Shown here: piece by piece, positions 38,780 through 49,350 of the stretch | Layout: each line of letters opens with the position of its first letter | How positions within the stretch are numbered: position 1 is the stretch's first letter | Assembly (NCBI GenBank): GCA_949373235.1 | Contig: CASICQ010000003.1 | Span: 179,076 to 243,075 of the forward strand | Reading direction: 5' to 3' | Source of the DNA: Candidatus Poseidoniaceae archaeon | GTDB taxonomy: Archaea > Thermoplasmatota > Poseidoniia > Poseidoniales > Poseidoniaceae | DNA: 64,000 bases | Program-made: the position numbers and the translations under genes | Notes under the pieces: generated by a model | The model's input: the letters and a program-made list of their open reading frames with translations, nothing else | Databases searched by the model: none | What the model was told of the DNA's origin: nothing

Positions 38780-39853
38780 ATGTCAACGCCGGGGAACCTT
38801 GACAGCGCTCAATCTCGAGAGATTGAGGAGCAGTTGTTTTCGACTCATCGGCTTCAAGCGACGCGCCACATGCCGGTGCCCTTGCCTCGTCAGGACTTTT
38901 GGTCAATGGTCAAGCGCTTGCTCAACACCTTAGATTTAGAGATCCAATCCATGCTGATGAAGGGCATCACCGGCATGCGGTTGCAGAACCTGCAAAAGCG
39001 CCAAGCCAACATTCGCCATATTGCATCGGAACTCGCTCGAAAGCGAACGGTGGCGGTTGTCCAACACGTCGCCTCCCAATCGTTGCGCAGTTCCTCACAA
39101 AACCCGAGTTCGGCTCAAGAATTGCCAGCCCTTGATTGGCAACGTCACGATCCCGCAGAGAAGGCCTTTTTCCATGCGGTTCAAATTGCAATGGATCGCT
39201 TCAAGATGGAAGTTGATTGGCCGTCGATGCAAAATGGCATCGCTGGTGAAGGCTTGGCTCTCCCTCAACGCCATGCGCCAGGCACCATGCAACTTGATTC
39301 ATTCACAGATGAAAGCATAACAGCCAGACCTCCACCCTCCTTGGCGTTTGAGGATCAAGGACCGGAACCGCTACCGGACAGGGACGTTGATGAAGAACAC
39401 CTGATGGGCCCAGATGAGTGGCCAGACTTGGATGAATACATACACGCAGACTTGGATGAAGCAAGGCCTGCTCCGGTTTCTGCACCCAAATCAAATCAAG
39501 AAGATGACATGGCGGCGTTCATGAAGGAAGGGAAATCCAACAAGCACGCAGCGGCGATGGAATTGGCCCCTTCAAAGAAACCTCAAATCACGCTCGACGA
39601 TGCGTTTGATGCCTCTCCAGCAGAAGCAATCACTGAACAACAACCGCCTGCAGAAGAACCCGTTGTGGATCAAGAGCCTGTGAACCACGAAGCACCGTTG
39701 GTGCGAATCAGAGTGCTGATGACAAGTCCGGAGCCGATCTTAACCGCTGCAGGTGAATCACTGGCACTGGAAGCAGGCGACGTTCATTTTGTTGACAACG
39801 ACTCCGCAGAGTGGTTGATTGAATCAGGTGTAGCGGAAGCTGCATCGCTGTGA
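38780..39853 (+). CDS. DNA replication GINS subunit (Gins51/Gins15-type) with a long acidic linker
   Basis: N-terminal helical A domain (LPRQDFW..V..LL); C-terminal B domain VRIRVL...LEAGDVHFV...AEWLIESGVAE. Confidence 0.7.
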   Translation: MSTPGNLDSAQSREIEEQLFSTHRLQATRHMPVPLPRQDFWSMVKRLLNTLDLEIQSMLMKGITGMRLQNLQKRQANIRHIASELARKRTVAVVQHVASQSLRSSSQNPSSAQELPALDWQRHDPAEKAFFHAVQIAMDRFKMEVDWPSMQNGIAGEGLALPQRHAPGTMQLDSFTDESITARPPPSLAFEDQGPEPLPDRDVDEEHLMGPDEWPDLDEYIHADLDEARPAPVSAPKSNQEDDMAAFMKEGKSNKHAAAMELAPSKKPQITLDDAFDASPAEAITEQQPPAEEPVVDQEPVNHEAPLVRIRVLMTSPEPILTAAGESLALEAGDVHFVDNDSAEWLIESGVAEAASL

Positions 39854-39951
39854 ACCTTGGATGTTCACTGTGTTTGATAAACAGCAAGTCATCTTGTTCC
39901 GAATTGAACAGAGCCTTACGGCACAAGCCTTTGTTGAAAGGTGGTTGCAAC

Positions 39952-40281
39952 TCAGTTGACAGAGCGCATCGAAAGTTCGATGCTGACGGTGTCAGGGATT
40001 GGGATACGGGTGACTTGGCGAAGAGCCGACTCATCCTTACCGGAGGTGATGTCCATCTCAAGCAAACGCTTGTGGACACGGAGTTCCCAGTGATCGTAGG
40101 TTTCAACGCCTTCGCCGTCTGGTGCCTTGCGAACAGGGACAACCAATCGGCGTGTTGGCAATGGGATTGGACCTCGAAGAGAGATACCACCATTGTCGCA
40201 AATAGCCTTGATTTGGCCAGCAACTTGATCGATGTCTCGGTGGTTCTCACCTGTGAGCTTGATGATGGTTACTGCTGCCAT
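39952..40281 (-). CDS. rps10: 30S ribosomal protein S10 (uS10)
   Basis: GPIPLPTRRL, RKAPDGEG, WELRVHKRL. Confidence 0.97.
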   Translation of the reverse strand: MAAVTIIKLTGENHRDIDQVAGQIKAICDNGGISLRGPIPLPTRRLVVPVRKAPDGEGVETYDHWELRVHKRLLEMDITSGKDESALRQVTRIPIPDTVSIELSMRSVN

Positions 40282-40322
40282 AATGACCCGTCCAAATCCT
40301 CAACCAATGTTCATTAGAAGAC

Positions 40323-41615
40323 TCAAGCCTTCTTTTCGATCTTCAAGCAGACGCCAGCAGCGACGGTCTTACCCATGTCACGGATAGCGAAGCGAGAGAG
40401 TTCAGGGAACGTGTCCATTTGCTCAATAGCCATTGGCTTGTTAGGTTGGAAGCGGATCAGGCATGCGTCACCGGTCTTGAGGAAGGAAGGGTTAGCTTCC
40501 TTGCCTGCCTTGTTCGTCTTTTCGAGAAGTTCGAGGAAACGAACAGCGACTTGAGCGGTGTGGGCGTGGAACACAGGGGTGTATCCGACGGAAACAGCCT
40601 TTGGAATGTCCATGAGCTGAATTTGTCCGACGAAGGTTTCGTCGTGTCGCACGTACATAGGTTCGCTGTCGGAGTAACCGGCAACGTCGCCACGGCGGAT
40701 GTCAGTAGCAGCGAGGCCACGGACGTTGAATCCGACGTTGTCACCAGGCTCTGCCTTAGGGACCATGGTGTGGTGCATCTCAATCGACTTGACTTCAGCG
40801 GATTGTGCAGATGGGTTGAACACGACGGTCTTTCCAACGTTGAGGGTACCGGTTTCAATCTTGCCAACTGGCACTGTACCGATTCCGGAAATCTTGTAGA
40901 CATCCTGAATAGGCAAGCGGAGAGGCTTGTTGATTGGCTTTGGTGGCATGGCAATCTTGTCGATCGCTTCGAAGAGCGTAGGACCGTTGTACCATGGGCA
41001 CTTGTCGGACTTGTTGTACACGTTGTCGCCGAGCAAAGAAGATGCTGGGATCATTGGAACATCGTCAGGCTTGAATCCAGCCATCTTGAGGAGGTTTCCA
41101 ACTTCTTCGCATGCTTTCTTGTACTTGTCTTCTGACCAGTCGACACCAGAGATATCCATCTTGTTGACGTGAACGATGAGTTGCTTGACACCAAGTACCT
41201 TGGCGAGGAAAGCGTGTTCCTTGGTTTGTGCGTTCACACCGTCGTTTGCAGCGCAGAGGAGCACAGCAGCGTCGGCTTGTGAACATCCAGTGATCATGTT
41301 CTTGACGAAATCACGGTGACCTGGAGCGTCAATAACGGTCCAGTAGTAGTTAGGGGTGTAGAATTCCTTGTGAGCGACGTCGATGGTGATACCACGTTCT
41401 CGCTCTTCCTTCAGTCCGTCCATAACGTAAGCAAGACCGAATCCAGCCTTACCGGATTCTGCAGCGAGCTTCTCGTTCTTTTCGATGACGTGCCCTTCAA
41501 TGTGACCTGAGTCCAAAAGTAGGCGTCCGACGGTTGTTGACTTTCCGTGATCGACGTGACCGATGAACACGATGTTTAGGTGAGGCTTGTTCTTATCTTC
41601 CCATTGACTTCCCAT
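40323..41615 (-). CDS. tuf: Translation elongation factor EF-1 alpha
   Basis: GHVDHGKST, ERERGITID, DAPGHRDFVKNMITG, NKMD, RFAIRDMGKT. Confidence 0.98.
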   Translation of the reverse strand: MGSQWEDKNKPHLNIVFIGHVDHGKSTTVGRLLLDSGHIEGHVIEKNEKLAAESGKAGFGLAYVMDGLKEERERGITIDVAHKEFYTPNYYWTVIDAPGHRDFVKNMITGCSQADAAVLLCAANDGVNAQTKEHAFLAKVLGVKQLIVHVNKMDISGVDWSEDKYKKACEEVGNLLKMAGFKPDDVPMIPASSLLGDNVYNKSDKCPWYNGPTLFEAIDKIAMPPKPINKPLRLPIQDVYKISGIGTVPVGKIETGTLNVGKTVVFNPSAQSAEVKSIEMHHTMVPKAEPGDNVGFNVRGLAATDIRRGDVAGYSDSEPMYVRHDETFVGQIQLMDIPKAVSVGYTPVFHAHTAQVAVRFLELLEKTNKAGKEANPSFLKTGDACLIRFQPNKPMAIEQMDTFPELSRFAIRDMGKTVAAGVCLKIEKKA

Positions 41616-41762
41616 GGTAATTGCTCCTTAGCGAGTCCTCCGAACAACCACCCCTATTTAGAAACCGCGACGCGTGCATTCAGAATCAGGTGCAGAAAAA
41701 AGAGGCGACGGCGCAGTATTTTGTTTGGAAAAAACCAGCAAAATCAAGTTCTAAGGGCGGTC

Positions 41763-43214
41763 TCATTCCGCACCGCGGATTGAACCGTCGTTCTCCACTT
41801 TGTAGAGGCGAACGGTGCTTGTAGCGCCACTGATCGCTTTCGGGCTGCCCGAAATAGCGACCACGCGTTGGCCGGGAAGCACTGCTCCTTGCTTGACAAG
41901 TGTCTCCACTGCGGCCTGCATGGTTTGTGAGCCTCGGTCGTATTCCTCCACCAAGAGGCTCTCGACGCCGGGGAGCAGTTGAATGCGGCGGGCGGCGCGG
42001 ATTCTGTCGCTGATTGCGGTGACGGGTGTCGGCGGACGGTAGCCCGCAACCAGGCGCGCAGCGTTTCCGTGCTGAGTGGCGACAATAATTCGAGATGCCC
42101 CTGAAATCTTGGCCAATTCGACCCCGGCGTGAGCCACTGAACGCGTCGAACGGAATCGAGCCAAAGCACTTGGGCGACGATCGTATGAGTGGAATCCTGT
42201 ATCAGCTGCTTGAGCAATTTTGGCCATGGTTTGAACCGCAGCAAGTGGGTAATCACCGGATGCCGTTTCGCCTGAAAGCATGACTGCGGTCGCTCCATGG
42301 CGAATGGCACTGGAGATATCACTCACCTCGGCCCGGGTTGGACGAGGGTTGAGGGTCATGGTTTCGAGCATCTGGGTGGCGACGATGACAATCATGCCCC
42401 GTTGAAGGGCCCCGTCAATGATGCGTTGTTGGGCCATTGGAACGTCTTCCAGAGGGATTTCCACGCCAAGGTCGCCGCGCGCCACCATGACTGCGTCTGC
42501 TAAATTGAGAATGTCTTCGAGGTGTTCGAGCGCCATTGGGTGCTCGATTTTGGCGATGACTGGGACATGCTTGCCCGCTGCTTTGACCGCATCGATGGCT
42601 GGCTGGAGATCTTCTGGTGTTCGGACATAACTGACCGCAAGGTAATCCGCACCTTCTCGGAGTGCATGCGCAATCGCATCTCGGTCGTTTGGGCCAATGG
42701 CAGGTAAATCGACCATTGTTCCTGGCACGTTTACCCCTTTTCGAGCGCTGACAGGACCACCGTCTTCAACGGTGCACACAACGGCACCTCCCGCCACACC
42801 TGCGGCCTCTTTGACCACCAAACGGATCAAACCGTCGGCGATGAGAACGGGGTCGCCTGCTTTGAGTTCTGCTGAGAGGCCAGCGTATTCAACCGGCAAC
42901 TCTGTCGAGGAAGCATCCAGCATCTCCTCCACGCCACAGTGGAGCGTAAGGGGCGCACCCCGGGTGAGCGCAATGACGCCGGGAAAGCGACCAAGCCTCA
43001 ACTTGGGTCCGGGTAAATCGGCGAGAATGCACGTCGGCCGGTCGAGTGAATCTTCCAATGAACGAATGCGGTGGTAGAGTTCTGTCTTGCTTTCAGGGGT
43101 GCCATGGGAATAATTCAGCCTGCAGACGTCCACGCCGGCCTCAAGCAGGGACCTAAGCACCCCTTCGCCAGAACTTGCAGGGCCGATTGTGGCTACGATT
43201 CGAGTACGACGCAT
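41763..43214 (-). CDS. pyk: Pyruvate kinase
   Basis: TIGPAS, RLNYSHG, AKIE, ARGDLG, ATQMLE, MLSGETA. DLPGPK (Lys at this position) suggests the K+-independent type. Confidence 0.96.
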   Translation of the reverse strand: MRRTRIVATIGPASSGEGVLRSLLEAGVDVCRLNYSHGTPESKTELYHRIRSLEDSLDRPTCILADLPGPKLRLGRFPGVIALTRGAPLTLHCGVEEMLDASSTELPVEYAGLSAELKAGDPVLIADGLIRLVVKEAAGVAGGAVVCTVEDGGPVSARKGVNVPGTMVDLPAIGPNDRDAIAHALREGADYLAVSYVRTPEDLQPAIDAVKAAGKHVPVIAKIEHPMALEHLEDILNLADAVMVARGDLGVEIPLEDVPMAQQRIIDGALQRGMIVIVATQMLETMTLNPRPTRAEVSDISSAIRHGATAVMLSGETASGDYPLAAVQTMAKIAQAADTGFHSYDRRPSALARFRSTRSVAHAGVELAKISGASRIIVATQHGNAARLVAGYRPPTPVTAISDRIRAARRIQLLPGVESLLVEEYDRGSQTMQAAVETLVKQGAVLPGQRVVAISGSPKAISGATSTVRLYKVENDGSIRGAE

Positions 43215-43281
43215 GGGTAGGGCTCGAGTTGGTTGCTCTAAACACCTTTCTCAATAGAAACGGGTGCAGGCCCAGTTCTTT

Positions 43282-44478
43282 TTACTTGTAATGAAGTCGG
43301 ATGATGAACGATTCAACTTGCAGATCGTTCACCTTTTCATTGCGCACCTGCAAGACCCAATCACCGTCGTTGTAGGTTGATTCGGTATCGGTGAACATGT
43401 AGGAAGAAAGGGTAAGGAAGACGCAATCGTTGTCGTCTTCGTTGCAATCGTCACCGTCAGAACGCTGGTCAAGACCGGTTTCCGAAGTGTTGCTCGCCTC
43501 TTCGTCGTCTTCGTTGAAGGCATAGAGGTCAAGTTTAGCGCGACAATTTGTAGCGCCAGGGAAGGCAGTTGTGCAATCGCCGTCAATTTTTGGATAGGTC
43601 AGTTCACCGACAAGCTTGCGGATGGTGTTGCCGTTGTCCTTGTCGTACACCACCTTGAAATCGAAATCCAAGGTCTGTGCGTTTCCTGAAGTGTTGCCAC
43701 CCATCTCAAAGTCAGTCCATTGGCCCGCATATGAGACATAGACCTTGATGGAATCTGTATCGGTCATTCCGGCGCTGTTCTCGATGGTGAGGTGAAGTTG
43801 ATATTCGCCCGGTTCAACGTTGCTCCAATCGACGGATTCCCCTGTGAGATCGGCGTCGTTTTCAGAATCACCATCGTTATCTGCATCCACTTCAGCGTTC
43901 AAGTCCCAATTCCAAGTGGTGATGTATTGTGACGAATCGCCCGATTCGGAATCGCTTGCGTCGAGGGTGACGGTGGTGGTGGCCGAGATGTCCCGATCAG
44001 TCGTCGATTTATCCATTTCACAGATCCACAAGACAATGTGGGTTGATTCATCGATGTCGTCGTTGCTGCAATCCTCATCGCTGGCGTATTGAGTGATTTC
44101 GGCTTCGGGTGGCTGAGCGGTTGCTTCTACGATTGTGACGTCCTTGGTTTGCGACGAGGATTTCGTACCATCTGATACCGTCAATTCAACGGTGAAGGTT
44201 CCAGATTCATCGAAGGTCCACTCTGTTGAGCGGCCGGTGGCGTCAATTGAAGCGTCGCCATCAAAGTCCCAGCGGTAGGTGATGCCACCGCTTGGGGTTG
44301 AGGCTGATGCATCAAAAGTGATGACATCGCCCGAACGGATGTTTGTCGAAGGTGAGTAATTGAACACAGCAAGCACTTCATCGCTTCCTGAGGCGTCCGA
44401 TTCATCAAAAATGCAACCAGAAAGGCTGGAGAGAAGCATAAGGGCTGCGAAGAGGATCGGCACCGAGGTTGACTTCAT
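43282..44478 (-). CDS. PKD-domain lipoprotein
   Basis: Lipobox SLSGC; PKD motifs ITFDASAS..YRWDFDGD..GTFTVELTVSDG and a second TWNWDL..GEYQLHLTI. Confidence 0.8.
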   Translation of the reverse strand: MKSTSVPILFAALMLLSSLSGCIFDESDASGSDEVLAVFNYSPSTNIRSGDVITFDASASTPSGGITYRWDFDGDASIDATGRSTEWTFDESGTFTVELTVSDGTKSSSQTKDVTIVEATAQPPEAEITQYASDEDCSNDDIDESTHIVLWICEMDKSTTDRDISATTTVTLDASDSESGDSSQYITTWNWDLNAEVDADNDGDSENDADLTGESVDWSNVEPGEYQLHLTIENSAGMTDTDSIKVYVSYAGQWTDFEMGGNTSGNAQTLDFDFKVVYDKDNGNTIRKLVGELTYPKIDGDCTTAFPGATNCRAKLDLYAFNEDDEEASNTSETGLDQRSDGDDCNEDDNDCVFLTLSSYMFTDTESTYNDGDWVLQVRNEKVNDLQVESFIIRLHYK

Positions 44479-44531
44479 ACTTCCATCTGTGAAACGCCCT
44501 CATCAAAAGGGCTTCCTTGATTTATGTCAAA

Positions 44532-47213
44532 TCAGAAGGAAAACAGGGAGGTTTGTTTGTTGCCGGCGACGAGTTCCTTGGCCGTCCAGCCAAAGGCTTC
44601 TGTGATGCGTCCGAGTGCAGCAGCCAAACGTTCAGCGTAAAATTGGCCATCGTATGCGTCAACACCCCCGTCTTCCTCGTTTTCCAACCATGGTTGCACG
44701 CGCATTGGCCGGTGGCTTGCATCGGTGACAATGTAGGAGACCTTCATGCCTGAAGTGAAACCGAGCCCGAGAGCAATCCGAGCCTTCGCGACCCTGACCT
44801 GCGCCATGCTGTCGGGGTTGGCGTAATCTTTGCTAAAGTCAACCTCACCGTTGCTTCCCATTCGACCCTTGCAGGATTTAGCTAAGATCAGCGAAGAGGC
44901 TGGAACCTCATGGTTGCGCAACGCCCGAACTTGAGCGAGGGCGAAGCGAACGAGTGCATCGCCTTCATCGGCCAAAGCATGGCTGAACATGCGTTTCATT
45001 GTCGTTGTGAGGTAGGCAAAGGAATCCGTACGTTGAGTTTCATAGCCTCGGATCAGCATCTCATCGCTCGGGTAGACCACTTGACCGACGTAGCGTTTCT
45101 TTGCCCCATGGCTAAAGAAAACGGATAAGCCCTTCTCAAATTCAAGGATCGCCGAGTCACGGCTGTACCGTTCAGCCACCTCAAGTCCAAACTGAATCAT
45201 GTCTTGCTTGGCCTCATTCCACGCAGCCATGTAGGCCACAGCACCTGGTTCGCCGTCGCTGGCTGCCTTGATTTCTTCTTCCTTCATTGAAGAGGGGGCC
45301 CCTTCTGCAACCGGTGAACGCACGAAAATTGAGTCGGTGTCCGAATAGACCACTTCGTGGCCTTCGGCATCGAGTTGGGCGATGATGGCCTTGATGTTGT
45401 GCCTGGCCCACGCCGTAATCGAAGACCCAAGGTCTCGATGCGTGAATCGATAGAACCCACTGGCAAAAACGCCATAGAATGAATTCATCAGGATTTTTAC
45501 CGCGTATTGCATCGAATCATGAAACGCCATGACCGCTGTTTCTTGGTTTTCCTTGGCCACTTTCAACGAGGCTTTGTGCTCGTCGCGTTGGGCCATCAAA
45601 TCCTCCAATAACGCAGGCACCAAGCCTTTTCGAACCGATTGATCGCGGAACCGTGCACCGGTCGGAGCCGTATGGACCGGTTCGTCTTCCGCAGGTTGAT
45701 CGGTTTGAACCGGATCGATGCGGGTTGTGTAACAGATGTTGTGCCCAATCATAATCGAAGGGTACATGCTTTTGAAATCGAGCACTGCAATCCAAGGATG
45801 CAGTCCTGCTGCAACCTCGTGAACATAGCCTCCTGTAATTTGGCCTTCTTTGGCTTGGGCTGAGCCTGTGAGTGGCACAGCCACGCCTTCGCTGTCAGCG
45901 AGGCGAATCACGAGCGAATCAATCAGTTGGCTGGTGCTGCCGTTCGCTGCAGCATCAAAGGTCACCTTTGCTACCGCCGCAACCGCTTCCTTGCGTCGAA
46001 TCACCTGAAGTTCTCCCAGAATGTCAAGCGGTAAGGCGGCGTCTCGAATGCAGTATTCGAGAACAACATCTGGCCGAGCGGCCCACTCCTCGTCCATTTT
46101 GGAGGCGTCAACATCCATTTTGTGCTTGTCTTGTTGGTCTGGAAACAGAAGGTTGCTGATGAAGGAAAGCGTTTCTCGTTGAGGGCGGAGCGCCATGCGC
46201 GCTTGCCACCACGTATCGACAACGGTGCGCCCAGCTACATTCCAGGCCCGAGAGGATTGCCTGCGGGGAAACAGCCCCCAGCGTGTGCGTTTTGCCTCGG
46301 ATTCGGTTTGTTGAACGCGTCCCCAGCCAAAAAGCAAGGCTCTTTTTCGCCAGTCTTTGGAACGCGCATGAACGCCCATTCTGTCGTTGAGCCGCGGCAA
46401 ATCGAAGTTGTCAATGTTGTAACCCGTGATGATGTCTGGGTCTTGACTCCGCACCACGAGTGTCAATTCTTCCATGATTTTTGTCTCTTCACCGACAAAG
46501 GAAAACGTCTCTCGGTGACCGTTGGACATGTCTTCAATCACCGCTGCCGCACACAGCACGGTTTCATGGGCGATGCTGGTTTCTAAATCAAAGGAGAACA
46601 CCTTGTAAGGAACAGGGAAGGGCTCGCTCGCCTGAAGATCTTCAAGCGTACAGACAACGGTGCAATCAACGGCGTAACGCCCTGCACCACCGGCAGCGCG
46701 AACCGCTTCAATCAGCGAGGAGTCCTCATCCTCATCTTGACGACGATCAATGATTTTCCCTGTCAGTGAAAGGTGCATGCCCAAGCCTTCATCGAGGAAG
46801 AGGCGGTTGAGAAACGGTATGTCGCCGGAAAAAATTTGCCAACTTTGTTTTGACAGGGTTTTCCGCAACGATGGAACTACAAATGGCTGACGTGCGGTGA
46901 CGGTCCAAACGGGTCGAACACCCAGGTCTGTTAACTTCATCTCGGGGCCTGTGACGTTGATCACATCGTCCATGGATTGGACGGTAACGAGGCGCTCGAG
47001 GACATGATCTGGCACGTCCATGCCTTCGTTCCAAACCATCAATGGTGAAATTTCAAAGGTTGGGCGAAGCCCGTGGACAAGGGCACAAATTGACGCTCCA
47101 TCTTCGGTACGACCAAACAATTCGAGAACCGTGGCAGGCTCAGGAGAACCGTTGAGCCCGTCGACCGAATGGTAGCGTCCACTGACGACCCCCATCCTGC
47201 CTTCGAATTGCAT
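44532..47213 (-). CDS. polB: Family B DNA polymerase
   Basis: Exonuclease motifs DLET, GYNIDNFD, YCIRD; polymerase motifs DFKSMYPSI, KILMNSFYG, YSDTDS; C-terminal PIP box QTSLFSF. Start moved to ATG 47213 (GGGGAG SD). Confidence 0.95.
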   Translation of the reverse strand: MQFEGRMGVVSGRYHSVDGLNGSPEPATVLELFGRTEDGASICALVHGLRPTFEISPLMVWNEGMDVPDHVLERLVTVQSMDDVINVTGPEMKLTDLGVRPVWTVTARQPFVVPSLRKTLSKQSWQIFSGDIPFLNRLFLDEGLGMHLSLTGKIIDRRQDEDEDSSLIEAVRAAGGAGRYAVDCTVVCTLEDLQASEPFPVPYKVFSFDLETSIAHETVLCAAAVIEDMSNGHRETFSFVGEETKIMEELTLVVRSQDPDIITGYNIDNFDLPRLNDRMGVHARSKDWRKRALLFGWGRVQQTESEAKRTRWGLFPRRQSSRAWNVAGRTVVDTWWQARMALRPQRETLSFISNLLFPDQQDKHKMDVDASKMDEEWAARPDVVLEYCIRDAALPLDILGELQVIRRKEAVAAVAKVTFDAAANGSTSQLIDSLVIRLADSEGVAVPLTGSAQAKEGQITGGYVHEVAAGLHPWIAVLDFKSMYPSIMIGHNICYTTRIDPVQTDQPAEDEPVHTAPTGARFRDQSVRKGLVPALLEDLMAQRDEHKASLKVAKENQETAVMAFHDSMQYAVKILMNSFYGVFASGFYRFTHRDLGSSITAWARHNIKAIIAQLDAEGHEVVYSDTDSIFVRSPVAEGAPSSMKEEEIKAASDGEPGAVAYMAAWNEAKQDMIQFGLEVAERYSRDSAILEFEKGLSVFFSHGAKKRYVGQVVYPSDEMLIRGYETQRTDSFAYLTTTMKRMFSHALADEGDALVRFALAQVRALRNHEVPASSLILAKSCKGRMGSNGEVDFSKDYANPDSMAQVRVAKARIALGLGFTSGMKVSYIVTDASHRPMRVQPWLENEEDGGVDAYDGQFYAERLAAALGRITEAFGWTAKELVAGNKQTSLFSF

Positions 47214-47371
47214 CTGCTCCCCAATGTTGGGCGGCCGAGCCATCCTATGGCACTTCGCTTTGGAAAAGAACAGCAACGCAAGCAAAACCGCCGTCACCAT
47301 CATCAAACGCGGCAGGAATGCTTGAAAGCCCAACCTACATGGCCAAGAACGCCGTAGGCATGGTGAAGAAA

Positions 47372-48391
47372 ATGAGTGAAGAAATTGATTGGGACAGTTT
47401 GACTTTTTCTTTAACAGCCACCGACACGATGTACCTCACCGAAACAACGGCCACTGAACCGTGGATGCCGGGGTCCTTGCGCCCCTATGGCCCCATTGAA
47501 ATGTCACCGGCCGCTGGGGTCCTCAATTACGGCCAAGGCCTGTTTGAAGGCATGAAGGCTTACCGCACCTCAAAAGGTCGAGTCGTCTTTTTCCGCCCAG
47601 AAGAAAACGCCCGCAGAATGCAACGCGGTGCTGATCGATTGAAGATGCCACCCGTGCCAGAATCGGTGTTCATCGATGCAGTTGAACAGTGCGTTCAAGC
47701 CAACCTTAGATGGCTGCCCCCTACCGGAAAAGGAGCCATGTATGTGCGTCCACTCTTGATGGGATCCGGACCAATTCTCGGCGTTGCTCCTGCACCGTCC
47801 TACACGTTCCTCGTCTACGTCACACCCGTTGGACCGTACTTCAAAGGCGGCGTAACTGCCATCGATTTGCTGATTTCAGAAGAACACCATCGCGCCGCTC
47901 CGGGTGGCTCAGGTGGTGTGAAAGCAATTGGAAACTATGCGCCTGGCATGATGCCAAGTCGAAAAGCCAAGGAAGCGGGGTATGCTGAAGTGATTTATTT
48001 GGATGCTGAAACGCACTCCTATGTTGAAGAAGTGGGCGCTGCTAACTTCTTTTGCGTCAAAGATGGCGTGCTTTACACGCCTGAACTCACCGGTACTATC
48101 CTCCCCGGTATCACACGGAATTCAATCATCGAACTCGCCCGCCACAACGGCATCGAAGTGGTTGAAACAAAGGTTGAGGCTACCTTTGCTATGGACGCCG
48201 ATGAAGCGTTCTGCTGCGGTACAGCTGCTGTCATCTCGCCCATCGGTTCGATCACAAAGGGCGAAACTAAAGCCACATATGGAAACGGTAAACCCGGCGC
48301 CATAACTCAACAGTTGTACACTCAACTTGTCGGCATTCAGAATGAAGATGAAGAAGACATCTTTGGCTGGCTGCACGAAGTTCCTCGTTGA
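47372..48391 (+). CDS. ilvE: Branched-chain amino acid aminotransferase
   Basis: YGQGLFEGMKAY, YVRP, GVKAIGNY, EEVGAAN, ILPGITR, GTAAVISP. Confidence 0.95.
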   Translation: MSEEIDWDSLTFSLTATDTMYLTETTATEPWMPGSLRPYGPIEMSPAAGVLNYGQGLFEGMKAYRTSKGRVVFFRPEENARRMQRGADRLKMPPVPESVFIDAVEQCVQANLRWLPPTGKGAMYVRPLLMGSGPILGVAPAPSYTFLVYVTPVGPYFKGGVTAIDLLISEEHHRAAPGGSGGVKAIGNYAPGMMPSRKAKEAGYAEVIYLDAETHSYVEEVGAANFFCVKDGVLYTPELTGTILPGITRNSIIELARHNGIEVVETKVEATFAMDADEAFCCGTAAVISPIGSITKGETKATYGNGKPGAITQQLYTQLVGIQNEDEEDIFGWLHEVPR

Positions 48392-48394
48392 GGA

Positions 48395-48850
48395 TCAGCG
48401 CTTTTTGAAGCCTGAGCGCTTCTTCGGATTGGAGCGTTGTGGGGCAGGACTGCTTCTGCCCTTGCGTTGAGAACGAGCCCGGCGATCCCCTGTCTGAGGG
48501 CCTTTTGCCACCCGTTCTGCGTTTGCTTCTTTTTGGTCGCGTTGCATTTGACGCCATTGAGCGCCGATCAGTTGAAGCAATTCTTCTTTCGAATTCGCCC
48601 CTACAGATTGCTTCGAACCAACGCGGGAAACCCACATGCGGCCTTCCAACTGATGAGGCCGTGCTGGATGAGACACGCGTTCTTCTCGCTTGATTTTCTT
48701 TAAACCAAGTTTGCGAGCTGCCAAAAAAAGGCCCTCGAGGTCTGGCTTGAGAACTGAAGAATCCTTTGGAACACGCCGTCCACTGCGTCGAGATGATCGG
48801 GCATCAAAGTACCCGGGCCAAACACAGAGGCGGTCAGGGTTGTGGTCCAT
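48395..48850 (-). CDS. srp19: Signal recognition particle protein SRP19
   Basis: VWPGYFD..SRRSGRRVPK, HP, SKEELLQLI; basic C-terminal extension. Confidence 0.9.
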   Translation of the reverse strand: MDHNPDRLCVWPGYFDARSSRRSGRRVPKDSSVLKPDLEGLFLAARKLGLKKIKREERVSHPARPHQLEGRMWVSRVGSKQSVGANSKEELLQLIGAQWRQMQRDQKEANAERVAKGPQTGDRRARSQRKGRSSPAPQRSNPKKRSGFKKR

Positions 48851-48914
48851 GTTGGTTCACCTTGTTCGGGGAGTTGTCCCCGATTGGTATGAACCCAACG
48901 GAGATTGGATTGCT

Positions 48915-49295
48915 TCACTCGACGAGAACGCCGTTGATGACGCCGTCCTTACCTGGACGGGATGTAATCTTAACACGACCTTGGTCGGTTTCGATGACGG
49001 CACCCTTTACGAGGATGTTTCGTCGAACGTAGTTGGGATCGGATTCGTTCTCAACGACGTTGTGAATGGTTCCAAGAGAGGTCTTGCCTGTCTTTGGGTT
49101 GTTGATCGAGACGCGGTTTTCCGACATCACACGCACGAGGGTGTTGCCACCGGTTCGGCGGTAAATCTTGCGCTTTGGGGCACCAACAAGTGCCATTTGC
49201 TTCTCAGAGGAGATTTCGGTAGAACGCTTGCTGCGTGCCTGAACCTTGCGTCCGCCACTGGGTTTTCGTCGAGAGATACCGTGCCATTGTGCCAT
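48915..49295 (-). CDS. rps8e: 30S ribosomal protein S8e
   Basis: SRRKPSGG, RRTGGN, NYVRRNILVKGAVI, TSRPGKDGVINGV. Confidence 0.97.
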   Translation of the reverse strand: MAQWHGISRRKPSGGRKVQARSKRSTEISSEKQMALVGAPKRKIYRRTGGNTLVRVMSENRVSINNPKTGKTSLGTIHNVVENESDPNYVRRNILVKGAVIETDQGRVKITSRPGKDGVINGVLVE

Positions 49296-49350
49296 AAATA
49301 TACCACCTTGCAAGCCGAAGCGACAAACAGGGCGTATATCAAATCAACCC

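Noticed and set aside
45190-45320. Insertion after YSDTDS in PolB as an intein or inactivating change
   Set aside because: It is about 35 aa with no intein termini, and all exonuclease and polymerase catalytic motifs are intact.
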